DNA from: Candidatus Cloacimonas sp. 4484_140
Lineage (GTDB): Bacteria; Cloacimonadota; Cloacimonadia; JGIOTU-2
Direction of reading: 5' to 3'
DNA: 24,770 nucleotides
Assembly (NCBI GenBank): GCA_002049945.1
Contig: MVCT01000003.1
Location: forward strand, 1-24,770
In this document: in pieces, positions 1 to 9,867 of the stretch
Numbering within the stretch: the stretch's first letter is position 1
Layout of the letters: each line of letters opens with the position of its first letter
The notes under the pieces: model-generated
Databases searched by the model: none
What the model was told of the DNA's origin: nothing
The model's input: the letters and a program-made list of their open reading frames with translations, nothing else
Translations under genes and position numbers: made by a program

Positions 1-264
1 TTTTTTAAAGAAATCGCAAATTGCGTATTTCGTCACGTCATCATGAGTGGGTCCCAGTCCACCGGTTACTATGACCACATTATAGTGTTCCCAGCAATCC
101 TCAAAGGTTTTCAGGATTATCTCTTTATCGTCTTTAATAGTTATTGAAGATTCAAGAGGAATTCCTGCAGACGCAAGCTGGGTTCCAATAAAACTCTCAT
201 TCGTGTTTATTGTTTTACCTATCAATATTTCATTGCCGATTGCGACATATATGATCTTTGCCAT
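1..264 (-). CDS. cinA: CinA-like competence/damage-inducible protein, N-terminal molybdopterin-binding-like domain (partial, runs off the window edge)
   Basis: Not in ORF track. Hand translation from ATG at 264: MAKIIYVAIGNEILIGKTINTNESFIG...VVIVTGGLGPTHDDVTKYAICDFFKK, with the G(N/D)E-x-x-x-G...(D/N)TN and TGGLGPT-x-DD signatures. RBS GGGAG about 5 nt upstream. Confidence 0.9.
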   Translation of the reverse strand, partial: MAKIIYVAIGNEILIGKTINTNESFIGTQLASAGIPLESSITIKDDKEIILKTFEDCWEHYNVVIVTGGLGPTHDDVTKYAICDFFKK

Positions 265-320
265 ATTTGCTCCCAAAATCAATTATTCTTTATTATATAA
301 ATCAGAACTTAACATCGTTC

Positions 321-356
321 AAATTACTTGACATCGAGAGATTAGTCAATGATTTC
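321..356. promoter_or_regulatory. Overlapping divergent sigma70-like promoters for cinA (-) and the FecR operon (+)
   Basis: + strand TTGACA at 328-333 with only a weak -10 (GATTTC, 351-356). - strand TTGACT at 349-344, 17-nt spacer, TAATTT at 326-321. The two -35 boxes form the inverted repeat TTGAC-N12-GTCAA. Confidence 0.4.
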
Positions 357-420
357 TTTCATCAATAGTAATTTTCAAAAAAAAACATCAGATTAAATGC
401 TTTATTTGAAAGGAGCAGCT

Positions 421-2577
421 ATGAAAACTCAGAGAAAAATTTTCATACCCTTTATTATTTTTTCACTCCTGTTTATTGTCCATCTTCATGCACAAGACAC
501 GAAACCCCATGCAGAAATCATGAATTTGCAGGGAGAAGTTATATTGAATCACAACCATCAGCTTTCACCTGCTGTAAAGGGCTCATTGCTTTATGACGGT
601 GATATGATACTCACAAAGGAAAATTCTTTCGCAGTTATCAAATTTTCCGATAATGGTGCGATTTCAAAAGTTTTTTCAAGCAGTACGCTAACCATAAATA
701 TGAGCCAGCGCGAGCAGAGCTTCATGAAAACTCTCACACTGGATGTTGGTAGGATCTGGTCTGAAGTGACAAAAGGGAAGGGTGATTATTATATTCAAAC
801 ACCCACCTCTGTTGCTGCGATCAAGGGAACAGGTTTTATGACAGATGTAGATGCACAGACTGGTTTCACGACCATTCAAGTTTATAAAGGCACCGTTGAA
901 TTCAGTAACGAATTTGGCAAAATTGAAGTTCCTGCCGGCAATCAGGGTTTCTCAAACGGGATAGATCCTCCCTCATTCCAGATGATGGGAAATGTGCAAC
1001 CACCTGAATCACTTATGGAAGGTGCAATGCTCGAAGATACCGAGATCGAACAACCACGGCAGCAGTACCAGCAGAAGGAAACTCCTGAAGTAGAGCTTAA
1101 ATCACCCGATGAACCGAAGACGGAGATCAAGTCGGAAAAACCAAAGAGTACAAGAAAGTCCATCCTACCCGGTTCTATTGGCATTGGCACAGTAACTATT
1201 GACGGAGTTACTTATACACGTATTCGTTTAATGCCGGAGATTCCGATCTGGAAGTTCAAGCTTGGCCTCGATTTTGATGTCCTAATTGATGGTGAGGGCG
1301 GTATCAGAAAGAAGGATTGGGATAATTTTAATGCATATCTGAACAAGATCATGTATCTTGAGTTTGCAAATAGGCACGATCCGCTTTATTTCAGATTGGG
1401 TGCATTTCCAAGCGTGAAATTCGGACATGGACTTATCATGAGAGATTATACCAACATGCTGGACTACCCTGCTACAAAACAACTCGGCGCAGAGGTTGCA
1501 GTTAACACCAAAACTCTCGGGCTCGGATTCGATGTGTTTTGTCCTAATGTTGATGAACATAATATCTTTGCTGCACGTGTTAAAGGCGCTCCTTTTGCCA
1601 CAACAGGAATTCCATTTTTGAATAATCTCGAAGTAGGTGTAACAGGTGTAACCGACCTCAACGAGCTTGGCGGCTTAAAGGATGAAGACGGCGATGGTTA
1701 CCCGGACACCTTTGATGATTATCCCAAAGATCCCCATTATTGGGCAGACACAGATGGTGATGGCTGGCCCGATCCTGCACATCCGGACTCTGTGGGTAGT
1801 CCAACAATTGACCTTGACGCAGATAATAATAACGAAATTGACACTCAACAGATTCAGCAGGGCTGGGATAATCTCTATGATTATCTAAAAAGGGTTTATA
1901 AGCTCGGCAAAAAAGAAAGCGTCACGATCATCGGTGCTGATTACACACTTCCGCTGGTGAACACAAAACTGTTCAAGTTGTATCATTATGCAGAAGCAGC
2001 CAAGATACTGGATTATGGCACAGGTGCAGTCTTCCCGGGATTTGGTGCAAAATTCCTAATATTTGATGCTACAATGGATTATCGTTTCTTTGGTGAAGAA
2101 TTTGAGTCGAACTTCTTTAACTATCTCTATAATAACGAGCGCGCATTGGTCGTCGGAGATTCTGTTGTAACCAAACGCAGTACCCTGAAAGGCATCAATA
2201 AATCCCAGGGATGGCGCGGACAACTTGTTTCTCATCTCTTCAATATTATTGATCTTACTGTTTCCTATGAAGACATTCACGGAAAAGATTATGACATGGG
2301 CAAATCAATACTTGGTGAAGTCAGATTGAATAAAACATTTATTCCCGGACTGGATTATGCTTATGCCAGATATTCGCAGACACAAGTGGAAAAATTTACC
2401 ACGTGGAAAAGCCCGAATGCGGTTATCGAAGCACAGATCGGCTATGAGATCACTCCAGTCACACTTCTTGTATGGGATTACAAAGTGTATTATATTGATC
2501 TTAATGGCGATGGAGAGATCGGTGGCGATGATGAAACGAAGACAACCTACAGTTTTGGGGTGCAAATAAAGTTATAA
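421..2577 (+). CDS. Secreted FecR-domain protein fused to a probable outer-membrane beta-barrel with Asp-rich Ca-binding loops
   Basis: Start moved to ATG 421 (AAGGAG at 410-415). Signal peptide MKTQRKIFIPFIIFSLLFIVHLHA; FecR motifs (LYDGDMILT, G-x-I-W, IQTPTSVAAIKGTGF); Glu/Lys/Pro-rich linker; C-terminal alternating amphipathic strands; DxDxDG loops DEDGDGYPD, DTDGDGWPD, DLNGDGE. Confidence 0.7.
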   Translation: MKTQRKIFIPFIIFSLLFIVHLHAQDTKPHAEIMNLQGEVILNHNHQLSPAVKGSLLYDGDMILTKENSFAVIKFSDNGAISKVFSSSTLTINMSQREQSFMKTLTLDVGRIWSEVTKGKGDYYIQTPTSVAAIKGTGFMTDVDAQTGFTTIQVYKGTVEFSNEFGKIEVPAGNQGFSNGIDPPSFQMMGNVQPPESLMEGAMLEDTEIEQPRQQYQQKETPEVELKSPDEPKTEIKSEKPKSTRKSILPGSIGIGTVTIDGVTYTRIRLMPEIPIWKFKLGLDFDVLIDGEGGIRKKDWDNFNAYLNKIMYLEFANRHDPLYFRLGAFPSVKFGHGLIMRDYTNMLDYPATKQLGAEVAVNTKTLGLGFDVFCPNVDEHNIFAARVKGAPFATTGIPFLNNLEVGVTGVTDLNELGGLKDEDGDGYPDTFDDYPKDPHYWADTDGDGWPDPAHPDSVGSPTIDLDADNNNEIDTQQIQQGWDNLYDYLKRVYKLGKKESVTIIGADYTLPLVNTKLFKLYHYAEAAKILDYGTGAVFPGFGAKFLIFDATMDYRFFGEEFESNFFNYLYNNERALVVGDSVVTKRSTLKGINKSQGWRGQLVSHLFNIIDLTVSYEDIHGKDYDMGKSILGEVRLNKTFIPGLDYAYARYSQTQVEKFTTWKSPNAVIEAQIGYEITPVTLLVWDYKVYYIDLNGDGEIGGDDETKTTYSFGVQIKL

Positions 2578-2581
2578 TTAA

Positions 2582-3841
2582 ATGAAGGTTTTAATTGTCG
2601 GAAGCGGTGGCAGGGAACATGCCATCGCATGGAAATGTGCACAAAGTAAAAAGGTCGAAAAGGTCTTTGTTGCTCCGGGAAATCCCGGGATGGAAAATGT
2701 AGCACAACCCGTTCAGGTGCAGGATGCGGAAGGGCTTATCAGGTTTGTAAAATCCGAAGGAATCAATTTTACTATTATCGGTCCCGAGCAGCCCCTTGCA
2801 GAAGGACTTGTCGATGAATTCCTGAAAGCAAACCTCGCAGTGATCGGACCTTCTAAACTGGCTGCAGAGATTGAGGGCAGCAAGGTTTTTGCAAAAACAT
2901 TCATGAAGAAATATCATATTCCCACTGCAGATTTCCAAATTTTTGATGAGATAGTTCCTGCCTTGACCTATATCCTGAAAAAAGAATTTCCGCTTGTTGT
3001 TAAGGTTGATGGGCTGGCTGCAGGCAAGGGGGTTTTCATCTGTGATAATTATACAGAAGCCGAAACGATCCTCAACCATATTATGAACTATAGAATTTTC
3101 GGTGACGCAGGATCGCAGATCGTGATCGAAGAATATCTTCGGGGTGAAGAAGCTTCGCTTTTTGCTTTTACAGATGGAGAACATTTCGTTTCTACAATAC
3201 TATCTCAGGATCACAAACAGCTTCTTGATGGAGACGAAGGACCAAATACCGGCGGTATGGGAGCATACGCGCCTGCACTTTTCACAAAGGATCTAAAGAA
3301 ACAGATAGACAAAAGGGTCATTGCTCCTACTTTGAGGGGGATGCGAAAAGAACGACGAACCTTCAAGGGAATTCTTTATGCAGGTGTCATGCTTACAGAA
3401 AATGGACCGCAGGTTTTAGAATTTAACTGCCGTTTGGGTGACCCTGAAACACAAGTAATTCTTCCGCTTCTTGACAACGATCTCATTAATGTGTGTGAAG
3501 CTATCTTAAATGAAAGTATCAATGAGGTTGATTTGAATTGGAAAAATAAGAGTGCTGTAAACGTGGTCATTGCCTCAGGCGGTTACCCGGGCGCTTATGA
3601 AAAAGGATGTCCGATCAAAGGACTTGATAAAGTTTCTGATGATACATTAATATTCTTTGCCGGAGTAAAAAAAGAGAAAGATACCTTGCTCACAAACGGA
3701 GGGAGAGTGCTATCTCTCACAGCTTTGGGTAATGATCTTAAGGATGCACAGGAAAAGGTATATAAAGAAGTTGAAAAAATATCCTTCACGAATAGTTATT
3801 TCAGAACGGATATTGCCCAAAAGGGGATACACAGATTATGA
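2582..3841 (+). CDS. purD: Phosphoribosylamine--glycine ligase
   Basis: MKVLIVGSGGREHA, IGPE-x-PL, EGSK-x-FAK, DGLAAGKG, GPNTGGMGAY, EFNCRLGDPE, TNGGRV motifs; 419 aa. Confidence 0.98.
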   Translation: MKVLIVGSGGREHAIAWKCAQSKKVEKVFVAPGNPGMENVAQPVQVQDAEGLIRFVKSEGINFTIIGPEQPLAEGLVDEFLKANLAVIGPSKLAAEIEGSKVFAKTFMKKYHIPTADFQIFDEIVPALTYILKKEFPLVVKVDGLAAGKGVFICDNYTEAETILNHIMNYRIFGDAGSQIVIEEYLRGEEASLFAFTDGEHFVSTILSQDHKQLLDGDEGPNTGGMGAYAPALFTKDLKKQIDKRVIAPTLRGMRKERRTFKGILYAGVMLTENGPQVLEFNCRLGDPETQVILPLLDNDLINVCEAILNESINEVDLNWKNKSAVNVVIASGGYPGAYEKGCPIKGLDKVSDDTLIFFAGVKKEKDTLLTNGGRVLSLTALGNDLKDAQEKVYKEVEKISFTNSYFRTDIAQKGIHRL

Positions 3842-3857
3842 GAAGAGTGGTTGGTCA

Positions 3858-6800
3858 ATGAAGAAGCTATTTACAGTAATTATCTTTTGTTTTTTTGTGT
3901 CCCAATTATGGGGAACGAACAGTTTTGAGATAGAGAAAGTTACCGAAGACTACATTCAGGTTCACCTTAAAGTCGACGAGTACAACATTCCTCAAACATC
4001 AGATAAAACCACACAAAATTTGTCTTTACCCGATCTGGAAACATTTTTCATCAATACAGAGGGATTACCGGAGTTACCTTTTCTTTCAGAAAACATCGGA
4101 ATTCCACCAGAAGGCAAAGTAAGTGCGAGCATTATTTCACAGCAATTCATACTTCTGTCGGGGGTTTCTATACCGATCAACCATCCATATAAAGATGAGG
4201 GCATACTTGTTCCTGATCCTTCACGGCAGGTCATTGATTTTTCTACAAAGAAATTCTATCCTGAAAATATCGTAGAAACACAGGCAGTTGGATATATTGG
4301 GAATAGGTATCTTGGGTCATTTCGTATTTTCCCTATTCAATATAATCACGTACAGAAAACTGCAAAGCTCTATACAGATCTAGTCATTCAGATTCACATC
4401 AAAGGTGATAAGACAAAGCGTTTCGCTGGAAGTGCAAATTATATTGATGGATTTGCAGATAAAATGATCGTAAATGATGAGTTTGCGAAGTACTGGCGCA
4501 AAGAAAAAGAGCCGGAATCAGCATCTTACAAAAGGCAGAGTGAAACGGAAATTTCTCAATTCAAATTCATTATCGATGAAAAGGGAATATACAAGATAAC
4601 TTATACTTTTCTCAAGGACACCTTGCAGACCTGGATAGATTCTCTCGAAACCGAATATGAGATACTCCTTAAAATTGACGAGATCAATCCGAAATATTTG
4701 CAGCTTCATAACTTGGGAGAGCAGATTCCAATTTATTTTTATGGGCAGGACGATGAATCCTTTGATGAGGGAGATTATTTTGAGTTTTATGCGGATATCC
4801 ATCATGGAGAAGATTGCTTTTATAACCCCTTTTCCTGGGAAAATGTATATTTCTTGAGCTATGATGAAGGAGCTCTCGGCACACGCCTTGCAATCGAGGA
4901 TGGCGGTTTGTATGAGACTGATCCATATAGTTATAGAAAAGTATATAATTTTGATACAAACGTCCATTTTGAGAATCAAAGCATATACTCGAAATTGAGT
5001 CAGGTCACGCAGGTTAGAGAAGATCTCTGGTTCTGGCAGCAGATCAGCGCACCGAATATGACGAATTTTACGATCAAGCTTTACGATCCTTTGCAAAGCA
5101 ATGCAAGAAGCGCTGATGTAGAGATTTGCTTCTTTGGCGAAACCTATGCAAGTGATGAAAATACGGGCGAGCATCATGCGCTGTCATACATAAATTCTTC
5201 ACAGATCGGCTCGGAGTATTGGTATAATCAGAACGAAAAAATCATGACCGGCACGATGAGCAATGATAAACTTAACAACGGCAACAATCAAATTTATATT
5301 TCACTTCCTGGCGATACCGATGCAAGTTATGATCGTATTCTTTTGGATTATATTGATATCAATTATTGGCGTGAATGTATTGCACATGAGGATATGTTAG
5401 AATTCAATAAACCAACATCTTATTTACCCGGATTGATGCAGTTTGAGATCAACGAATTTACTACTACTGATATTGATGTGTATAAATTGGGAGTAAGCAA
5501 GTTTGAGAATCTGAGTATTGAGTCCGGACTGCCGGAAGGTGGCGCGCCTTATGTGCTTACTTTTCAGGATTATGTCTTAGATAATAACACCAAATATTTA
5601 GCAGTTAGCGATTCTCGGAAGCTTGTACCCAAAGAAGTTCTTCCTGATTATCCAAGCAATATAAGAAATCCTGGCGAGCAGGCAGATTATATCGTGATAT
5701 CCAAGCGGGAATTTCTTGAAGAGGACATTTTTTATGATTTTGCTGCACACTGGTATGATGAAAAAGGATTAATTGTCAAAACAGTTTCTACTGAAGCAAT
5801 TTATGATGAATTCAATTATGGACTTTGCTCTGATCAAGCGATCAAAGATTTTATTTCCTATGCATATAATAATTGGCAGGAACCGTCTCCGCAATATGTG
5901 CTTCTGCTCGGTGATGCATGCTATGACGAACGGCCAACCTCACCACAAAAAAAATACAGCATTGTACCCTCCCACATGAGCTGGTCTTACCATGTTGGTG
6001 CCACAGTTGATGATAACTGGTTCGTGGCAATAGTTGGAGATGACGAGCTACCTGACCTTGCAATAGGTCGAATCCCGATCTGGGAAACAGAGCAGATACT
6101 CCCCGTTTTTGCAAAAACGATCCAGTATAATACTCAACCGAACTTCAATGATAACTGGCGAAACCATCTGATGCTTATTGCAGGCGGTGCAGGCGAATTT
6201 GTAGATCAGAGCCAGCGGCTTAACGAGAAATATATTCCGAAAAGTTTTCGTGTTTCGCGCATTTATGCACAGGCAGATCACGATGATCCCTATTGGGGCA
6301 TCACAACGGATATTAAAGATTACATTGATGATGGCACAGCATTCATTCAGTTCATGGGACACGGCGGTGGGCAGATATGGTCTGACCTGAACCTTATGAA
6401 TTTGGGAGACATCTCAACGCTTTTTAATGACAACTATCCCATAATCAGCAGCTTAACGTGCTACACTTCAAACTTTGAATATCCCGGCACGAGTTGTCTT
6501 GGAGAAGCATTTGTGCTGGAAGCCAGCAAGGGGGCAATCGGTTTCTTCGGAGGAGCTGCAAAGGGATTTCTCGATCAGGACGAATATCTTGGAGCGTACT
6601 TTCTGCAGAGCATTTTTACCTTTGGTGAAAGAAATTCTGCAACGATATGCAACGTTGCAAAAGTTGAATATGCACTCAAATTTCCATGGGATAGCGCTAA
6701 TCTTGTATTCTTGCGTTCCTTCAACTATATGGGCGACCCGGCAATTGATATTGTATTACCTGTGCAAGAGCTGGAGACGACACTTGATAGCTACCAATTC

Positions 6801-8786
6801 GTAAAAGGTGACACTGTTTCTGTATTTATTGATAATGATGGTTCGACACTTAATCGAATTGCCTACTACGTCACAGATGAAGAGGATCTCATAAGAAATC
6901 CCTATGAACCATATGATCTTATTCAGGTTAAATTGAATAATATTGAGAGAAAGCCCTATACCGAATCCGGTTACGAATATGTAATCGACACATTGGAGAC
7001 TTCATCCGAGTTTTCCCGTATTGTAAGAACCTATGGCTATGATTCCTATTCTGATTATGTGGGATATACTGAATTCAGCGTTGGAAAAGCAGCAGTATTT
7101 CATATGCAGTCAATACCAGAAATACCTGCAATTGGTGATTCTGTTTTCATTTCAGCAAAGGTGTATGATAAAGCAGGGATCGATTCCGTCAATTGTATAT
7201 GGTGGAAATATACCTCACCTCAATATCAATATAATTCTCCTATGAATAAATCCGAGGGAGACACTCTTGGATATATAACAGTTGAGCCAGTAGGGGTATT
7301 TGATACCGAAACAACCATTGAATATTATATCGAGGTGCATACTTCTGATGGTGGAACCACAATTTCAAACGAAGTATCATTTGAGATATCAGGTCCCGAT
7401 ATTTCCATAGAAACTTACAATATGAATTTTACTTCCATGGGAGCAGTTTTTGAAATAGGGCTTTTCAATATAGGAAAGTTACCAACACCTCCGACTAAAG
7501 TAATCCTCAAGAACGGTTCAACAATTCTTGATTCAACAACTACCAGCACGATCGCGGCGCTTGACAGGGAAAAGGTATCTTTTAACTGTAGTTTACCCCC
7601 ATCTCAGTATAGCTTAACTGTTTATGCCAATCCTGACACATCCTATCTTGAACTCAGTTATTATAATAATTATTCAACTAAAAGTTTTGAGATCAATGCC
7701 TTTACAGTTCCTCATAATGCTTCTCTTGTTCATGCAAGTCTTGATTCAAATCTTGTTGCAACTTTTAGTTCTGGCGTAGTTGATCAGGATGCAATGTTCT
7801 ATATTCAACCGTCAGTTTTGGATACTACAACTATTCTTCCTGATATAGAAGCAATCCCATTATTGTCCGACACTCTCATGATTTATAAAATCGCACCCCT
7901 TGATTCATCCTGTTTGACGCAACAGAAAACCTTTAAAAAGGATATCTCATTATTATTCAATTATACAATTACTGATACTGCTATACAGGATCTTGCAAAA
8001 CAGGGCAATTTCAAGCTGTACAGATATAATGAAGGTGCTAAATGCTGGTTCATGATCGGTGGTGATACCAACCCTCAAGATAAAAATGTAACTTATGCCT
8101 ACATATCAAAACCGGGGAAATATGCTTTGTTTAATAATAATGATACAACCGTGCCCTTAATTGATGTTAATGTGGAAGGGCAGGAATTTACGAACGGTGG
8201 CTATGTAGATAACAATGCACAGTTCTCATTTATTATTCAGGACAAAAACGGCGTTGATATTGAAAAGATAAGAATGTTCCTGAACGGCGAAGCAGTAACT
8301 AATTATACCTTATCAACAAACAACATTACCTCCATCCCCGTGAAATATCAGGTAGATGTTGATGCCGGTTCCTATACGCTAATTATTTCCGCAACTGATG
8401 TGAATGGAAATTATCATGAGAAGGTTGTGAACTTCACAGTTCAAAAAGAATTTAATATCATAAATATGGGGAACTATCCGAATCCAATTTCCCTTGAAAC
8501 AACTGATCCAAACAATGAAGGCAGAACTCGATTCACTTATACGCTCACCGACGATGCTGATGTAGTAAAGATCGAGATCTACACAGTTTCGGGGCGATTG
8601 GTGAATGTGATCAAAGATATGCGCACGACTGTCGGCTACCACGAATATCCACATGAGTTAAGAGGTTGGGAGTGCGTGGATCGCGACGGGCGCAAACTTG
8701 CAAATGGTGTGTACTTCTATAAAATAATTGCCCAAAAGGGAAGTAAAAGAATAGAGAAGATAAAAAAGATGGCGATTCTGCGATGA
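3858..8786 (+). CDS. Large C25 (gingipain/PorU-like) cysteine peptidase with C25-type propeptide, Ig/CARDB-like domains and T9SS-type C-terminal sorting domain
   Basis: Start reassigned to ATG 3858 (signal peptide MKKLFTVIIFCFFVSQLWG; the track start lies inside purD); 1642 aa. C25 motifs YVLLLGDA, DDNWF, PDLAIGRIP, FMGHGG (His codon 6360-6362) and SLTCYT (Cys codon 6459-6461), His-Cys spacing 33 as in gingipain H211/C244. NYMGDPA closes the domain. CTD: NYPNP...IEIYTVSGRLV...W-x-x-x-D-x-x-G...NGVYFYKI. Confidence 0.88.
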   Translation: MKKLFTVIIFCFFVSQLWGTNSFEIEKVTEDYIQVHLKVDEYNIPQTSDKTTQNLSLPDLETFFINTEGLPELPFLSENIGIPPEGKVSASIISQQFILLSGVSIPINHPYKDEGILVPDPSRQVIDFSTKKFYPENIVETQAVGYIGNRYLGSFRIFPIQYNHVQKTAKLYTDLVIQIHIKGDKTKRFAGSANYIDGFADKMIVNDEFAKYWRKEKEPESASYKRQSETEISQFKFIIDEKGIYKITYTFLKDTLQTWIDSLETEYEILLKIDEINPKYLQLHNLGEQIPIYFYGQDDESFDEGDYFEFYADIHHGEDCFYNPFSWENVYFLSYDEGALGTRLAIEDGGLYETDPYSYRKVYNFDTNVHFENQSIYSKLSQVTQVREDLWFWQQISAPNMTNFTIKLYDPLQSNARSADVEICFFGETYASDENTGEHHALSYINSSQIGSEYWYNQNEKIMTGTMSNDKLNNGNNQIYISLPGDTDASYDRILLDYIDINYWRECIAHEDMLEFNKPTSYLPGLMQFEINEFTTTDIDVYKLGVSKFENLSIESGLPEGGAPYVLTFQDYVLDNNTKYLAVSDSRKLVPKEVLPDYPSNIRNPGEQADYIVISKREFLEEDIFYDFAAHWYDEKGLIVKTVSTEAIYDEFNYGLCSDQAIKDFISYAYNNWQEPSPQYVLLLGDACYDERPTSPQKKYSIVPSHMSWSYHVGATVDDNWFVAIVGDDELPDLAIGRIPIWETEQILPVFAKTIQYNTQPNFNDNWRNHLMLIAGGAGEFVDQSQRLNEKYIPKSFRVSRIYAQADHDDPYWGITTDIKDYIDDGTAFIQFMGHGGGQIWSDLNLMNLGDISTLFNDNYPIISSLTCYTSNFEYPGTSCLGEAFVLEASKGAIGFFGGAAKGFLDQDEYLGAYFLQSIFTFGERNSATICNVAKVEYALKFPWDSANLVFLRSFNYMGDPAIDIVLPVQELETTLDSYQFVKGDTVSVFIDNDGSTLNRIAYYVTDEEDLIRNPYEPYDLIQVKLNNIERKPYTESGYEYVIDTLETSSEFSRIVRTYGYDSYSDYVGYTEFSVGKAAVFHMQSIPEIPAIGDSVFISAKVYDKAGIDSVNCIWWKYTSPQYQYNSPMNKSEGDTLGYITVEPVGVFDTETTIEYYIEVHTSDGGTTISNEVSFEISGPDISIETYNMNFTSMGAVFEIGLFNIGKLPTPPTKVILKNGSTILDSTTTSTIAALDREKVSFNCSLPPSQYSLTVYANPDTSYLELSYYNNYSTKSFEINAFTVPHNASLVHASLDSNLVATFSSGVVDQDAMFYIQPSVLDTTTILPDIEAIPLLSDTLMIYKIAPLDSSCLTQQKTFKKDISLLFNYTITDTAIQDLAKQGNFKLYRYNEGAKCWFMIGGDTNPQDKNVTYAYISKPGKYALFNNNDTTVPLIDVNVEGQEFTNGGYVDNNAQFSFIIQDKNGVDIEKIRMFLNGEAVTNYTLSTNNITSIPVKYQVDVDAGSYTLIISATDVNGNYHEKVVNFTVQKEFNIINMGNYPNPISLETTDPNNEGRTRFTYTLTDDADVVKIEIYTVSGRLVNVIKDMRTTVGYHEYPHELRGWECVDRDGRKLANGVYFYKIIAQKGSKRIEKIKKMAILR

Positions 8787-9796
8787 TGAAAAAAATTGTA
8801 ATACTTATTCTGCTTGTTCTATTGCCGTTGTCCTTATATGCCGGACGATATGCAGGAGATTTCATCCTGCTTGGAAGCGGTGTCCGACCTCTTGGAATGG
8901 GTGGTGCGTTCTCCGCAGTTGCAGATAATGGAAGCGCTATTTATTGGAATGCTTCGGGAATTGCACAGATCAAGGATATTGAAGCAGAATTCATGCATGC
9001 GTTCCTTTTTGATAATCTTGCCACTTATGACTTTTTCTCTTTTTGTATTCCCCTGCCTGCAAGCACTACGATCGGTATCAGCTTTACGCAGCTTTCTGTG
9101 GATAACATTCCATTGTATGATGAAAAATGGATCAAGAATTCAAATGTTTTTATTCGTTCATCAAATGTAGATTTGCAGTTGACGGGTATTCCTGATGGCT
9201 ATTTCACGAGCTCAGACCAGTTATTCGAGTTCGCTTTTGCAAAGAATTTTTCGCGAATTGTAAATCTCGGATGGGAGCTATTCGATTTGCCGATAGATTA
9301 TTATATCGGCGGTGTTTTCAAGTATATCAAACGCGATGTATATGAAAATATCGGAGCAGGAATGGGCGGAGATATATCCTTCATGGTGCGCACTGATCTT
9401 GGAATGCTGACAGATCTTCCCTGGTTTGGTAAGATCAAATTTGCCTTTAATCTTCAGGATATTGGCGGCACAAAGATCACGTGGGATACGCGCTCTAAGC
9501 ACGTTGACGAAATCATCACCACACCAAGACTTGGACTTGCTCTCGATCAGCCGCTCTCTTTCATTGATTCAAGGATGATTCTTGCATTTGACTGGAGCGA
9601 TGTCTATCAGTATTCAAAAAATCTTGGGATGGAACTTACTTACAAGAATATATTGTCTGTCCGGTCAGGTTTATATGAAGAGCATTTTACCGCAGGGTTG
9701 GGATTTCGATATCGACAGTTCGTGATAAATTATGCGCTTGTCACGCATACGGATTTGGGAAATTCACACAGGATTGGAGTAATAGCGAATTTCTAA
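8783..9796 (+). CDS. PorV/PorQ (UPF0164)-family outer-membrane beta-barrel
   Basis: Signal peptide; GVRPLGMGGAFSAVADNGSAIYWNASGIA family signature; terminal Phe (LGNSHRIGVIANF); ATGA overlap with the C25 gene. Confidence 0.85.
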   Translation: MMKKIVILILLVLLPLSLYAGRYAGDFILLGSGVRPLGMGGAFSAVADNGSAIYWNASGIAQIKDIEAEFMHAFLFDNLATYDFFSFCIPLPASTTIGISFTQLSVDNIPLYDEKWIKNSNVFIRSSNVDLQLTGIPDGYFTSSDQLFEFAFAKNFSRIVNLGWELFDLPIDYYIGGVFKYIKRDVYENIGAGMGGDISFMVRTDLGMLTDLPWFGKIKFAFNLQDIGGTKITWDTRSKHVDEIITTPRLGLALDQPLSFIDSRMILAFDWSDVYQYSKNLGMELTYKNILSVRSGLYEEHFTAGLGFRYRQFVINYALVTHTDLGNSHRIGVIANF

Positions 9797-9812
9797 ATCC
9801 TAACCTGGACAA

Positions 9813-9848
9813 GCCCCCAGTTAAATAGAAAAGAAAATTTAACAGGGC
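9813..9848. repeat. Imperfect palindromic stem-loop
   Basis: GCCC..GTTAAAT (9820-9826) / ATTTAAC (9837-9843)..GGGC with a 10-nt purine loop, 17 nt after the porV-like stop. Confidence 0.55.
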
Positions 9849-9867
9849 AGGCAGAACCAAAAATTTT

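Noticed and set aside
3732-3857. ORF-track N-terminal extension of the C25 gene
   Set aside because: It overlaps purD by 110 nt; the signal peptide begins at ATG 3858.
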